Part shown: positions 10,790 to 20,326 of the stretch, piece after piece | Numbering within the stretch: the stretch's first letter is position 1 | How the letters are laid out: every line of letters starts with the position of its first letter | Origin: Alkalispirochaeta sp. | GTDB lineage: Bacteria > Spirochaetota > Spirochaetia > DSM-27196 > Alkalispirochaetaceae | DNA length: 64,000 bases | Direction: 5' to 3' | Assembly (NCBI GenBank): GCA_965242725.1 | Contig: CBDESZ010000018.1 | Coordinates: forward strand, 352,001-416,000 | Notes under the pieces: generated by a model | Told to the model about the DNA's origin: nothing | Seen by the model: only the letters and a program-made list of their open reading frames with translations | Database searches by the model: none | Program-made: the position numbers and the translations under genes

Positions 10790-12193
10790 TCAACCGATAG
10801 GTACGACGCCGTCGGGATACCGCACATCGGTACCCCGTTTTCTCGGCCGCAGAGCTACCACGAGTGTCAAAGGCCCCAACCGACCGATAAACATCAACAC
10901 GATTATGAGAAATTTCCCGAGGGCGCTCAAATCTGCGGTGAGACCCGCACTCAGCCCGACGGTGCCAAGGGCGGAAACAATTTCAAAGAGAATTACTTCA
11001 AGCACCGCTTCCTCGCTCATCACCATGATGATCGCCGCCATACCGACGATCACGATTCCGCCGACCACGAGGATATACGCCTCGGAAATGGTCCTACGGG
11101 GTACCCGCCGATAAAAGAGCACCGCATCGTTGTCGCCTCGAAGGAAACGGCGCACATCGGCCCCTATCGCCGCAACGGTTCCGAGTTTTACTCCCCCTGC
11201 GGTTCCGCCGGTGGCCGCCCCGATAAACATGAACGGCACCATCACAAGCAATGTTGCCGGTGCAAGAAGAGAAATATCAATGGTGTTGAAACCGGCGGTA
11301 CGGAGCGTGACGGACTGGAAAAAAGCCTGAAGGTATTTAACGGCGAGATCGCTGTTCCCGAGTACCCCACTTCGTTCCAGAAGGTAAATAGCCACAAATC
11401 CGGCGATGATGAGGATCGCCGTACCCCGCACGGCGATGACCGTGGATTCCGATTTCAGATATCGCAATACCGGTCGGCGACGAAAAACGAGAGGCGTTGA
11501 TGCGTCGGCGCGGAGGGGAAAAAAGTAGCGAAAGACCTTCACCAGATCGTCACGAAGTACCGTCAGGGTAAAAAACCCTATTCCGCCGGCAATGATAAGT
11601 GCCGCGACGGTTACATTGACGAGGACATTGTCGGTAAATCTCATCAGACTGTCCGAGAAGAGGGAGAACCCGGCGTTACAGAACGCCGAAACGGCGTGAA
11701 AGGCGGCGAGCCACACGGCGTTTCCGGACCCCGCGCCTTTCATCGGCATCACGAGCAGCAGCGTCCCTATTACTTCGATGGTAATCGTAAAGAAGAGCAC
11801 GCTGAGTAGCTGACGTTTCAATGAGGTTCGGTCCTCTTCATTAAGCATATAGGAAAGAAGTTCCGTTTCGCCCACGGAGAGACGCTTCCGGGTCATGAAT
11901 ACGACGGCGAGAGAGAACGCCATGATTCCGAGCCCCCCGATTTGTATGAGAAGCAGAATTACCGCGTGTCCGAAGGTCGAGAAAAATACCGGGGTATCAA
12001 CGACGATGAGACCCGTCACGCATACCGCCGATACTGCCGTAAAAAATGCGTCAAGGAACGGGAACGGTTCCGTCGAAACGGTCGCTATCGGAAGCATGAG
12101 GAGGGCCGCTCCCGCAAGTGCGACGAGAATAAAAGAGAGAATGATTATTCTCGCGGGACGTTCCCACAGCAGGACGACGAGCCGTCGTATCAC
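10790..12193 (-). CDS. ktrB: Potassium uptake membrane subunit, TrkH/KtrB family
   Basis: Pore-loop motifs SAVCVTGL, SAFCNAGF, TLRTAGF, SALGTVGLS and MFIGRLGPLT. Confidence 0.92.
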   Translation of the reverse strand: MIRRLVVLLWERPARIIILSFILVALAGAALLMLPIATVSTEPFPFLDAFFTAVSAVCVTGLIVVDTPVFFSTFGHAVILLLIQIGGLGIMAFSLAVVFMTRKRLSVGETELLSYMLNEEDRTSLKRQLLSVLFFTITIEVIGTLLLVMPMKGAGSGNAVWLAAFHAVSAFCNAGFSLFSDSLMRFTDNVLVNVTVAALIIAGGIGFFTLTVLRDDLVKVFRYFFPLRADASTPLVFRRRPVLRYLKSESTVIAVRGTAILIIAGFVAIYLLERSGVLGNSDLAVKYLQAFFQSVTLRTAGFNTIDISLLAPATLLVMVPFMFIGAATGGTAGGVKLGTVAAIGADVRRFLRGDNDAVLFYRRVPRRTISEAYILVVGGIVIVGMAAIIMVMSEEAVLEVILFEIVSALGTVGLSAGLTADLSALGKFLIIVLMFIGRLGPLTLVVALRPRKRGTDVRYPDGVVPIG

Positions 12194-13179
12194 GGGAGAA
12201 GCCCTGCCTTTCTGATAACCGACATCGCCGCCAGTCCATCTTTCAACGTCGACCTTGAGGCGGCGGAGGGATCATCGGCGAGTCGCACCGCTTCCGCCAT
12301 CATGCCTGAAAAATAATCACTGGGACGGGGAGGCCGATACTCGGCATTCATCAACGAACGATAGGCGGAGTAATGGAGGCTTGGGCGGCTTCGGGACCAG
12401 GAAAAAATCCCGTTGCCTACCCGTATTTCCCCGTCGGAAAATGAGAGAACTATCTCAAAATGCAGATAGTTGCGCTGTGCGCCGATCTCGATTGCCACCG
12501 GTACGCCGTCACGGCGGGTCGTTCCGTGGAGAAATACTGAAGATCGGGTACTGCGGTACCGACCGACTTTCCTCCTGAGAGTAATCTCGTCGTCCGTGAG
12601 GAAATGGATAGCGTCCACCATGTGCGTCCCGTCGTGCAGAAACACGTGATCATGGCGCGCGGAGGAGCCGAAGTAGAGTCTTCCTGTTACACCGATAAGT
12701 TTTCCAAGCTCCCCGTTCAGAACCGCCGCCCGTGAGCGCAGATAGTCCCGGGAGAAACGCCGTTCGTGGTTTACCACCACTTTCACCTTCCCCGTATCCT
12801 CCAGAGCCGCCATCTTGCGACCGATGTGATAGGTGGGGGCCACAGGTTTTTCACAAATGACGACGGGCGTTCCGTATTCTGCTGCGGTACGCACATATTG
12901 GTAGTGCGTCGGCGGGTGCGTCGCAATGACAAGGATATCCGGTCGTTCCACATTCATGAACTCGGCAACTGTCGAATAGGTCGGCACCGACCACCGACGG
13001 GAGAAAAGTTCTCGCCGCTCCTCCGCCGTATCAACACCGCCGACAATACGGCACCGGCTGTTTACAGCCGCTGCACCGGCGTGAGTCGCAGGCTTCTCCC
13101 GAAGGGGATCATCCTCCAGCAGTGACGCGATCCGCCCGAGTCCCACAAAACCGACCAGAATTGACCGTTCCCGTTCCAT
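12190..13179 (-). CDS. Gfo/Idh/MocA family oxidoreductase
   Basis: GFVGLGRIA, ICEKP, VNHERRF, DGTHMVD; start taken at MERERS. Confidence 0.85.
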   Translation of the reverse strand: MERERSILVGFVGLGRIASLLEDDPLREKPATHAGAAAVNSRCRIVGGVDTAEERRELFSRRWSVPTYSTVAEFMNVERPDILVIATHPPTHYQYVRTAAEYGTPVVICEKPVAPTYHIGRKMAALEDTGKVKVVVNHERRFSRDYLRSRAAVLNGELGKLIGVTGRLYFGSSARHDHVFLHDGTHMVDAIHFLTDDEITLRRKVGRYRSTRSSVFLHGTTRRDGVPVAIEIGAQRNYLHFEIVLSFSDGEIRVGNGIFSWSRSRPSLHYSAYRSLMNAEYRPPRPSDYFSGMMAEAVRLADDPSAASRSTLKDGLAAMSVIRKAGLLP

Positions 13180-13199
13180 TGACTCACCTGAAAGGGGGA

Positions 13200-13781
13200 T
13201 TACAAATAGGGTTTGACATCGGTAATGATCATGCCCGCCGCTTTTGCTGCGGCGAGGCCGACGGGACTGTCCTCGAATACATGGCACTTTGTAGGCGCCA
13301 CGCCCAGGCGGCGGGCGCTTTCAAGAAAGACGTCAGGTGCCGGTTTCGGTCGTTCCACATCGTCCGCGGTTACCAGCACCTGAAAGAGCGACGAAAGCCC
13401 GCAGGTACGCAGGACAATATTGCTGACGCCGAAATTCTCATTGGTCGCGGCGGCGACGGGGTATTTCCCCTGTGCATCGTGCACCAGTTCCAGAATCGCC
13501 GGAAAGGGATGAATCCGCGGCGCGTGGCGAATATACGCCTGGTCTTTAGCCATTGTCACGACATCAGGGTCCATGGCTGTGTGAAAGCGACGGTTCAACT
13601 CACCGGCGATGCTCCTGCTCGTTTGACCGGCAACTGAAAAAAAGAGTTCCCTGGTCATATCGATTCCATAGGGTGCGACGGTCTCGCGCCACGCCTGATA
13701 GTGTACATCCAGCGTATCGAGCACCGTTCCGTCGATATCAAAGATAAGCGCTTCGGCCTGGGGATCGGGTTGTAGCGTCAC
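13200..13781 (-). CDS. HAD family phosphatase (beta-phosphoglucomutase/YqaB-like)
   Basis: IFDIDGT motif I, KPAPDVF, FEDSPVGLAAA. Confidence 0.88.
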   Translation of the reverse strand: MTLQPDPQAEALIFDIDGTVLDTLDVHYQAWRETVAPYGIDMTRELFFSVAGQTSRSIAGELNRRFHTAMDPDVVTMAKDQAYIRHAPRIHPFPAILELVHDAQGKYPVAAATNENFGVSNIVLRTCGLSSLFQVLVTADDVERPKPAPDVFLESARRLGVAPTKCHVFEDSPVGLAAAKAAGMIITDVKPYL

Positions 13782-15016
13782 AGTACGATTTTTCCTTTTG
13801 AAATAATACGAATTGACGAGCCGTCGGGACGCAGTCCGTCGACGTCGGTATCGTCACTTCCGATCATGAAGTCGAGGTGCTGCCTGCTGCGATTGGCGCC
13901 GACCTCCTCCAGCTCTTCATCACTCATCGCGGTGCCGCCGCGAAGGCAGGAGGGATAGGCCGAACCGAGGGCAAAATGGCACGCCGCGTTTTCATCGAGG
14001 AGGATGTTTTCAAATACGAGTCCCGATGTGCTGATCGGTGAACGGTCATCGACCAGAGCGATCTCGCCCATGCGAAGACTCCCTTCATCTCCCGAGAGAA
14101 ACTCCGTGAGCAGATCTCTCCCGGCCAGGGCATCATATTCGACAACGTTCCCGCCTTCAAAGCGAAAAGTCGCACCCTTTACCAACCCGCCCATCACACG
14201 TACCGGGCGTGTCACGGCGACTTTTCCCGTTACACCCAGGGCGAACGGTGCCGTATATACCTCTTCCGTCGGTATATTGGGGGAAAAGGGCACTCCATCC
14301 TGTGTCACCGAACCGCCGCCGTGCCATATCGCGGACTCATGGAGGGGGATCTCTATTTCCGTACCTTCATCGTACATACGGAGAGCCCGCAGGTTGAGGT
14401 CCGTCAACACTTCGGCTCGCTTTTGCAGTTCCGCCCCTTTCCGGCGCCAGAATTCCCCCGCATCTTCCCGGTCGAGATGGAGTATGGGTATCAGCACCTC
14501 CCACATCGCCTGCAAGGCCTGATCGGGATCGGATATGTCCATGACTCGCATCGCCCATTGCGGCGCAGGCGGCGGCATGACCAGCCACTGAGTGATATTG
14601 GCTCCCAGCCCGCGTCGCATCGGTGCATCGACGCTGCTCATTGCATGGTCCGCAATACCCGTCCGCCGGGAGTCCATATCATCGAAAATTGTGGGGTATA
14701 CGGGACTTTTCAGTGACAAGAGCGCCCATTTGTCGCGAAGCAGTTCAGCGTTGCGCAGCGCCCGATATCCGGGAAGATAGTCCAGATACTCCTCGCGGGA
14801 GTTCTCCAGGCGGCTGCGATGGAATCGCTCCGATTCGGGCCACATATCGACGTATCGGACGCCGCGCCGATACGCTTCCGACGCCACCGCAACGGCGACA
14901 TCCATCTGCTCAGGTTTCATCTTTATGGCCAGGGATTGACCGGGCCTGATATTGAGACCCGTCAGCGCCACATCGGCAAACCGGCTATACAACAGCTCTG
15001 ATTCCATTGGCATCAT
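13778..15016 (-). CDS. Aminopeptidase, M29 (AmpS/PepS) family
   Basis: PNIPTEEVYTAP, GEIALV, LLDENAACHFALGSAY, NRSRQHLDFMIG. Confidence 0.92.
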   Translation of the reverse strand: MMPMESELLYSRFADVALTGLNIRPGQSLAIKMKPEQMDVAVAVASEAYRRGVRYVDMWPESERFHRSRLENSREEYLDYLPGYRALRNAELLRDKWALLSLKSPVYPTIFDDMDSRRTGIADHAMSSVDAPMRRGLGANITQWLVMPPPAPQWAMRVMDISDPDQALQAMWEVLIPILHLDREDAGEFWRRKGAELQKRAEVLTDLNLRALRMYDEGTEIEIPLHESAIWHGGGSVTQDGVPFSPNIPTEEVYTAPFALGVTGKVAVTRPVRVMGGLVKGATFRFEGGNVVEYDALAGRDLLTEFLSGDEGSLRMGEIALVDDRSPISTSGLVFENILLDENAACHFALGSAYPSCLRGGTAMSDEELEEVGANRSRQHLDFMIGSDDTDVDGLRPDGSSIRIISKGKIVL

Positions 15017-15062
15017 ATTAGCATGAACGTCGACGGGCGTGTATACTGAGGGCGGACTGCAT

Positions 15063-15839
15063 ATGACCGATACAAACCGTCAAACAGTCGTCATCGGTGA
15101 CGTTCACGGTCACCTCTCCGCGCTCACCTCTCTGCTGGAATCTCTGTACGGAGAGTATGGTGTCACAGGCGATACTCATGACATCGTTCTCGTCGGCGAT
15201 CTCGTGGACCGCGGCCCCGACAGCGCCGGAACCGTCGCCTTTGTACGGGAAAAGGTCCGGGACGGTACCCTTCACTGCATCATGGGCAATCACGACGAGA
15301 TGTTTCTCCAGGTTCTCCTGCTCCAGCGGCCCGAGCTTTTTGCCGAAGCCGGCGTGGACGTTGACCCGTTGATGCCCACCGTGGCGGAGTTCGCCTTTGC
15401 CCCCGATCGCGTGCTGGAACACTGGCTCTCCCAGGGCGGCCGGACGACGATACGCAGCTATGACGGCACTCCCTCGCAGCCCGGGACGTGGGTTATTCCC
15501 CCTGAAGATATCTCGTTCCTCGCCTCCCTCCCCCTCATCTGGCACAAGAATGAAATAGTCGTCACCCACGCACGGGCGACCGGATCGGCGATAGCGGAAG
15601 CGGAACGGAAACTGGATGACCCGTGGCGGGTTTCACCCCCTTCGCGCACGTCCCTATTGTGGAACCGGGATACCGTTCCTTCGGTGACAACGGGCGTCCA
15701 TGTGTGTGGCCACACTCCCCGTACCGCCCCGCTGCGGGACGGAAGGAGCGTGGAGATCGATACGGGGTGCGTCTACGGGGGTACGTTGACCGCCTTTTTT
15801 GTAGAGGAAGATCTTATTCTCGGACTTCCCTGTGGGTAG
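15063..15839 (+). CDS. Metallophosphoesterase, PPP Ser/Thr phosphatase (PrpA/PrpE-like) family
   Basis: GDVHG, GDLVDRG, GNHD, GHTP, IDTGCVYGG. Confidence 0.88.
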   Translation: MTDTNRQTVVIGDVHGHLSALTSLLESLYGEYGVTGDTHDIVLVGDLVDRGPDSAGTVAFVREKVRDGTLHCIMGNHDEMFLQVLLLQRPELFAEAGVDVDPLMPTVAEFAFAPDRVLEHWLSQGGRTTIRSYDGTPSQPGTWVIPPEDISFLASLPLIWHKNEIVVTHARATGSAIAEAERKLDDPWRVSPPSRTSLLWNRDTVPSVTTGVHVCGHTPRTAPLRDGRSVEIDTGCVYGGTLTAFFVEEDLILGLPCG

Positions 15840-15943
15840 ACCTGCTAATTTCCGACATTTCCGTACCTTACGTGACGTTTAATACTTGCTTTTCCCGTCC
15901 TAATAGGGGATTTTTAGTAGAAACGATCGCACAAGGAGGAAAT

Positions 15944-16954
15944 ATGCGAAACGTTCTTATTGCATTGTTGTTGGTTTTCGTTCTTACCGGAATGGTGACG
16001 GCCGGCGGCCAGGGCGAAGCGGAATCAAGCGGCCCCACCTTCGTAACCATCGGGACGGGCGGCGTAACGGGCGTTTACTATCCCACCGGAGGCGCGATCA
16101 GTCGAATGGTCAATGCAAAGAGTGCGGAATATGGAATCCGGGCATCCGTCGAATCCACCGGCGGCAGCGTCTTCAACATCAACGCCGTCATTACCGGCGA
16201 CCTGGAATTCGGCATTGCCCAGTCGGACCGACAGTACCAGGCGATGCGCGGCATGGCCGAATGGGACGGAAATCCCCAGGAAAAACTGCGATCCGTATTT
16301 GCCATTCATCCCGAGTCCATTACCCTTATTGCAACAGAAGAGAGCGGAATTCGCTCAATCGCCGACCTTGAGGGCAAACGGGTAAACATCGGCAACCCCG
16401 GTTCCGGACAGCTCCAGAACTCCATTGATGTTCTCGGCGCCTTCGGAATGAGCGAAGATGACGTCATCGCCGAGCAGGTTGGTGCCGTTGAAGCGCCGAG
16501 TCTTCTCCAGGACGGGCGCATAGATGCATTCTTCTATACAGTCGGTCACCCCAACGGAAACATCACCGAGGCGACAAGCGGCCGGATTCGCGTCCGCATC
16601 GTCGATATCGCAGGACCTCAAGTGCAGGATCTCATCGAGGAGAGACCCTACTACGCGGAGGCGACGATCCCTGCCAGCTTCTATCCCCAGGCAACCAATG
16701 AGTCCGATGCGACCACGGTGGGTGTCAAGGCTACCCTGATCACCTCTTCCGACGTCTCCGAGGACGTGGTATATGCCATTACCAAGGAGGTATTTGAAAA
16801 CTTTGAGGAGTTTACCTCCCTCCACCCGGCATACGCGGTCCTCACAAAAGAGAGCATGCTTCAGGGATTGTCGGCACCACTGCATCCCGGCGCCGTCAGG
16901 TACTATGAGGAAGCGGGAATGATCGACATGATCAATCCTGCGATCCTGCCGTAA
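15944..16954 (+). CDS. TAXI family TRAP transporter solute-binding subunit
   Basis: SD AGGAGG before ATG 15944, signal peptide, IGTGGVTGVYYPTGGAI, STGGSVFN, PLHPGAVRYY. Confidence 0.92.
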   Translation: MRNVLIALLLVFVLTGMVTAGGQGEAESSGPTFVTIGTGGVTGVYYPTGGAISRMVNAKSAEYGIRASVESTGGSVFNINAVITGDLEFGIAQSDRQYQAMRGMAEWDGNPQEKLRSVFAIHPESITLIATEESGIRSIADLEGKRVNIGNPGSGQLQNSIDVLGAFGMSEDDVIAEQVGAVEAPSLLQDGRIDAFFYTVGHPNGNITEATSGRIRVRIVDIAGPQVQDLIEERPYYAEATIPASFYPQATNESDATTVGVKATLITSSDVSEDVVYAITKEVFENFEEFTSLHPAYAVLTKESMLQGLSAPLHPGAVRYYEEAGMIDMINPAILP

Positions 16955-16987
16955 GTGTTGTAATACGGAAGAATTTCACAATGTGTC

Positions 16988-17012
16988 GTCTGCGCCCGCA
17001 TCGGGCGCAGAC
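16988..17012 (+). promoter_or_regulatory. Intercistronic GC-rich hairpin between TAXI binding-protein and permease genes
   Basis: GTCTGCGCCCG-cat-CGGGCGCAGAC, a perfect 11-bp stem with no U-tract. Confidence 0.55.
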
Positions 17013-17032
17013 CTATGTTGCAGGGAGGTTGA

Positions 17033-19084
17033 ATGGCGGAAAACCGGGAACTAGAGCGGATACTACAGGAAGAGTCGGGAATAACCCGTATTTACCGCAA
17101 ATTCGATTATTACTTGATCAGTGCCATCAGTCTGGCATGGGCGCTGTTCCAGCTCGCCCTCCCGCGGCTGCTGATACTGGACAGCGTCACCATTCGGGCG
17201 ATCCACCTCGCCTTTGCAATGGCCCTCGTCTTTCTCGGCGTTCCCTTTACACGCAAACGGGCCCGGGACATTCCCGGCCTGCATTCACTGAAACATACAC
17301 CTCTCATCGATTATTTCATCGCCTTCGCGGCGGTTATATCGGCCCTCTACATCGTACTTGACTGGGAGGGCATTTCTTCACGGATGGGTATGCCCATATC
17401 CCGGGATATCGTCTTCAGCGTCATTTTAATCGTTCTCCTCTTTGACGCGTCCCGTCGGGGTATCGGCATTCCCATGGTCATTATCGCCCTCATTTTCACC
17501 CTCTACGCCTTCTACGGCCGGAGAATGCCCGGCGTGCTTGCGTGGCGCGGCGTGAGTCTCACCCGCTACACCTCACAGATCGTCCTCTCCACGGAGGGTA
17601 TTTACGGCATTCCCCTGGACGTTTCCGCCAGGGTGGTGTACCTCTTCGTTATGTTCGGCGCCCTGCTTGAGACGTTCGGGGCTGGACAGTTCTTCAACCA
17701 GATTTCAATTTCCCTCCTCGGCCGGTTCAAGGGAGGACCCGCCAAGGCCGCCGTCGTTTCAAGCGGTTTTACCGGGCTGGTCAGCGGCTCGAGCATCGCA
17801 AACGTCGTAACAACAGGTACATTTACCATTCCCCTCATGAGGAAGGTCGGTTATCCCGCCAAGACCGCCGCGGCGACGGAGGTCGCTGCGAGTACAAACG
17901 GACAGCTCATGCCGCCGATCATGGGAGCGGCGGCGTTTATCATTGCCGAGTATCTTGCCCTGTCCTATTTTGAGGTCATTCGTGCCGCCATCATTCCCGC
18001 GGTGGTCAGTTATATTGCCCTCTTTTACATCACTCATCTGGAGGCGTCGAAACTCGGCCTGAAGGGGCTGCCTCCCGCGGAAATTCCCCGATTGCGGGAT
18101 GTGCTGAAGGGTGGATTTCACCATTTGGTTCCCCTGGCGGTACTCATATGGGAACTTGCAGTTCTCCGGAGAAGTCCGAATCTTGCCGTTTTCAACGCCA
18201 TCGTTATTCTCGTGGCGATTTACGTCGTCAGGGAGTTCATTGAGGCAGTCCGCAACAGGGAAACCCTGACAGGAACTGCCCGTCGGATTGTCTCCAGTAT
18301 CGGAACGGGACTTATCAACGGAAGTAAGAATATGCTGCCCGTCGCCCTGGCAACGGCGACTGCGGGAATCATCGTGGGCATCGTAAATATGGGAATAGGC
18401 AGTCGCATCGTCCAGATGGTCGAGGTTCTTTCCCAGGGCAACGTCTTTCTCCTCCTCGTCATCACCGCCTTTGTCAGCCTCGTTATCGGTATGGGATTGC
18501 CCACGACGGCAACCTATATCGTCATGGCTTCAATCACCGTTCCCGTCATCACCCAGCTGGGCGGCAACATCGGCCTTGTCATACCGGCAATAGCGGCACA
18601 TCTTTTCTGCTTCTACTTCGGTATTCTTGCCGACGATACTCCACCGGTCGGGCTTGCGGCGTACGCAGCGGCGGCGATCGCAAAGTCGGATCCGATCCCG
18701 ACGGGGATCAAGGGTTTTATCTATGACCTGCGGACGGCGGTGATCCCCTTCATGTTCGTCTTCAACCCCAAGCTGTTACTTATCGGCTCACAGGGGTGGT
18801 TGCAGGGAATGACCATATTCGTTACCGCCGTCATGGGCATGCTGGCATTTACAAACGCCGTCCAGGGATGGGCACTTGTCCGCAACAAGTGGTATGAAAT
18901 TCCCCTCTTCCTCGCGGCGTCATTTCTGTTCTTTCTGCCCAATGTCGTCGTTGACTATCTGGGATTTCACGAAGACCGGTATATCTTCGTCTATTTTGCG
19001 GGAATTCTCGTCTACGGTGCGGCGTTCGCCATTCAACGTCTGCGCATACGTCTCATCGACACCGACGGTGCCACGGCAGCGTAA
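17033..19084 (+). CDS. TRAP transporter fused 4TM/12TM permease (TAXI type)
   Basis: GGPAKAAVVSS, SGSSIANVVTTGTFTIPLM, GMGLPTTATYI, ADDTPPVGLAA. Confidence 0.93.
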   Translation: MAENRELERILQEESGITRIYRKFDYYLISAISLAWALFQLALPRLLILDSVTIRAIHLAFAMALVFLGVPFTRKRARDIPGLHSLKHTPLIDYFIAFAAVISALYIVLDWEGISSRMGMPISRDIVFSVILIVLLFDASRRGIGIPMVIIALIFTLYAFYGRRMPGVLAWRGVSLTRYTSQIVLSTEGIYGIPLDVSARVVYLFVMFGALLETFGAGQFFNQISISLLGRFKGGPAKAAVVSSGFTGLVSGSSIANVVTTGTFTIPLMRKVGYPAKTAAATEVAASTNGQLMPPIMGAAAFIIAEYLALSYFEVIRAAIIPAVVSYIALFYITHLEASKLGLKGLPPAEIPRLRDVLKGGFHHLVPLAVLIWELAVLRRSPNLAVFNAIVILVAIYVVREFIEAVRNRETLTGTARRIVSSIGTGLINGSKNMLPVALATATAGIIVGIVNMGIGSRIVQMVEVLSQGNVFLLLVITAFVSLVIGMGLPTTATYIVMASITVPVITQLGGNIGLVIPAIAAHLFCFYFGILADDTPPVGLAAYAAAAIAKSDPIPTGIKGFIYDLRTAVIPFMFVFNPKLLLIGSQGWLQGMTIFVTAVMGMLAFTNAVQGWALVRNKWYEIPLFLAASFLFFLPNVVVDYLGFHEDRYIFVYFAGILVYGAAFAIQRLRIRLIDTDGATAA

Positions 19085-19107
19085 CCGTTCAGCGTTCGCC
19101 CCGAAGA

Positions 19108-20214
19108 TCACGCCAACAGCCGGATTCTACTGAAAACGTAATCCAGGCTGTCTTCGTTGATGACGACCCGTGTAAAGGGCGTCTCGCCGAGGGGTTCGGC
19201 TACACCGGTCCGATACTGGAGTCGTTTTTGCCGGATCCCGCGATCGTACCAGTAAACGAGACGTATCCGGCCGCCTTCTATCTCCAGGGCGGTCATTCCT
19301 CGCTTACCCAGAACGCAACCTGAGTTAAACAGGCTGGGTACGAGAAAATGCTTCTGATAGAGGCTCGTACTGTCCTGGGCACGCTCCTCGTCGTCATCGA
19401 TTTCCATCAGTTCCTCTTTCAGAACCGCGATCTTTGCCTCGATTTCCCTCTTCTCGGCCGCCTCGCTCCGGGGAAACACACGACAGAGTTGTTCGATTTC
19501 AAATTGTATTTCGTCGTATTTCGACATGGACTCAAAGAGCGGCCTGTGGGTATGACCGATGACGGCGACGATTTTCCTGTCGACGGCAAACTCGTACGCC
19601 CGGCGCTCGGCCTTGAGTTTCTTGGTACTGTTGGCGGCGATCGTGTAGTTGCCGATACGCAACGGATTGGCGAGGTACTTCAGGACAAGGCGGATCGTGT
19701 TATTGTGCCGTTCGTATCGCCGCGACGTCTGATGACCGTGAAAAATGAAAAGCTCACCGCTTGGGTATAGATATCTCAGTCCCTCATAGATCGGCTCGGT
19801 GAATGTGGCGGGCCAATCCTGGCTTCCGTGCATTGCCAACCCCGACACGGCTGGCCCCCCTTCCAGAAGGTCGAGATCGTGGTTTCCGACGACCCGCGTA
19901 ATGCCGCCGGACGAGGCGATATCAGCCAGTGCGTGATATACATCGGGCCACCGTTTCACGATAGAGCGCATCGGGTAGCGCTGCAGGTCCTCCACATCGC
20001 CGTTGAGAATGAGATGGTACATTCCCGGCCCATAGTATCGCCGAATAACCGCCGGAAAGAGCTCGCCGTTGTGAACAAAGTCGTCGGTCCGGGATCCGTT
20101 GCCCATGTGAAGATCGCTGATTATCACAATCCGGTCGTCATCCGTGAGCGTGCGAAGGGGGACCCGTTCATAGAGCGTTCTCAAGTTGTCATTACTGAAG
20201 TCATGGGCATTCAT
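19108..20214 (-). CDS. Calcineurin-like metallophosphoesterase
   Basis: SDLHMG, LNGDVED, GNHD, FHGHQ, GHTH, NSGC. Confidence 0.8.
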   Translation of the reverse strand: MNAHDFSNDNLRTLYERVPLRTLTDDDRIVIISDLHMGNGSRTDDFVHNGELFPAVIRRYYGPGMYHLILNGDVEDLQRYPMRSIVKRWPDVYHALADIASSGGITRVVGNHDLDLLEGGPAVSGLAMHGSQDWPATFTEPIYEGLRYLYPSGELFIFHGHQTSRRYERHNNTIRLVLKYLANPLRIGNYTIAANSTKKLKAERRAYEFAVDRKIVAVIGHTHRPLFESMSKYDEIQFEIEQLCRVFPRSEAAEKREIEAKIAVLKEELMEIDDDEERAQDSTSLYQKHFLVPSLFNSGCVLGKRGMTALEIEGGRIRLVYWYDRGIRQKRLQYRTGVAEPLGETPFTRVVINEDSLDYVFSRIRLLA

Positions 20215-20326
20215 ACTCTATAGTATAGGAACAGGATATAACATTTTTGTTACATTCTGCATATGCCGAAACATTAATAGGGATGTCATGTTTATTCCCT
20301 GCGGCTATAATGATGGATGGAGCGCC

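Noticed and set aside
20228..20256. Third copy of the TGTAAC...TGTT promoter-like motif on the minus strand
   Set aside because: The spacer is 1 nt shorter, the flanks differ and no anti-SD hairpin follows; a TATACT -10 explains the gene start.
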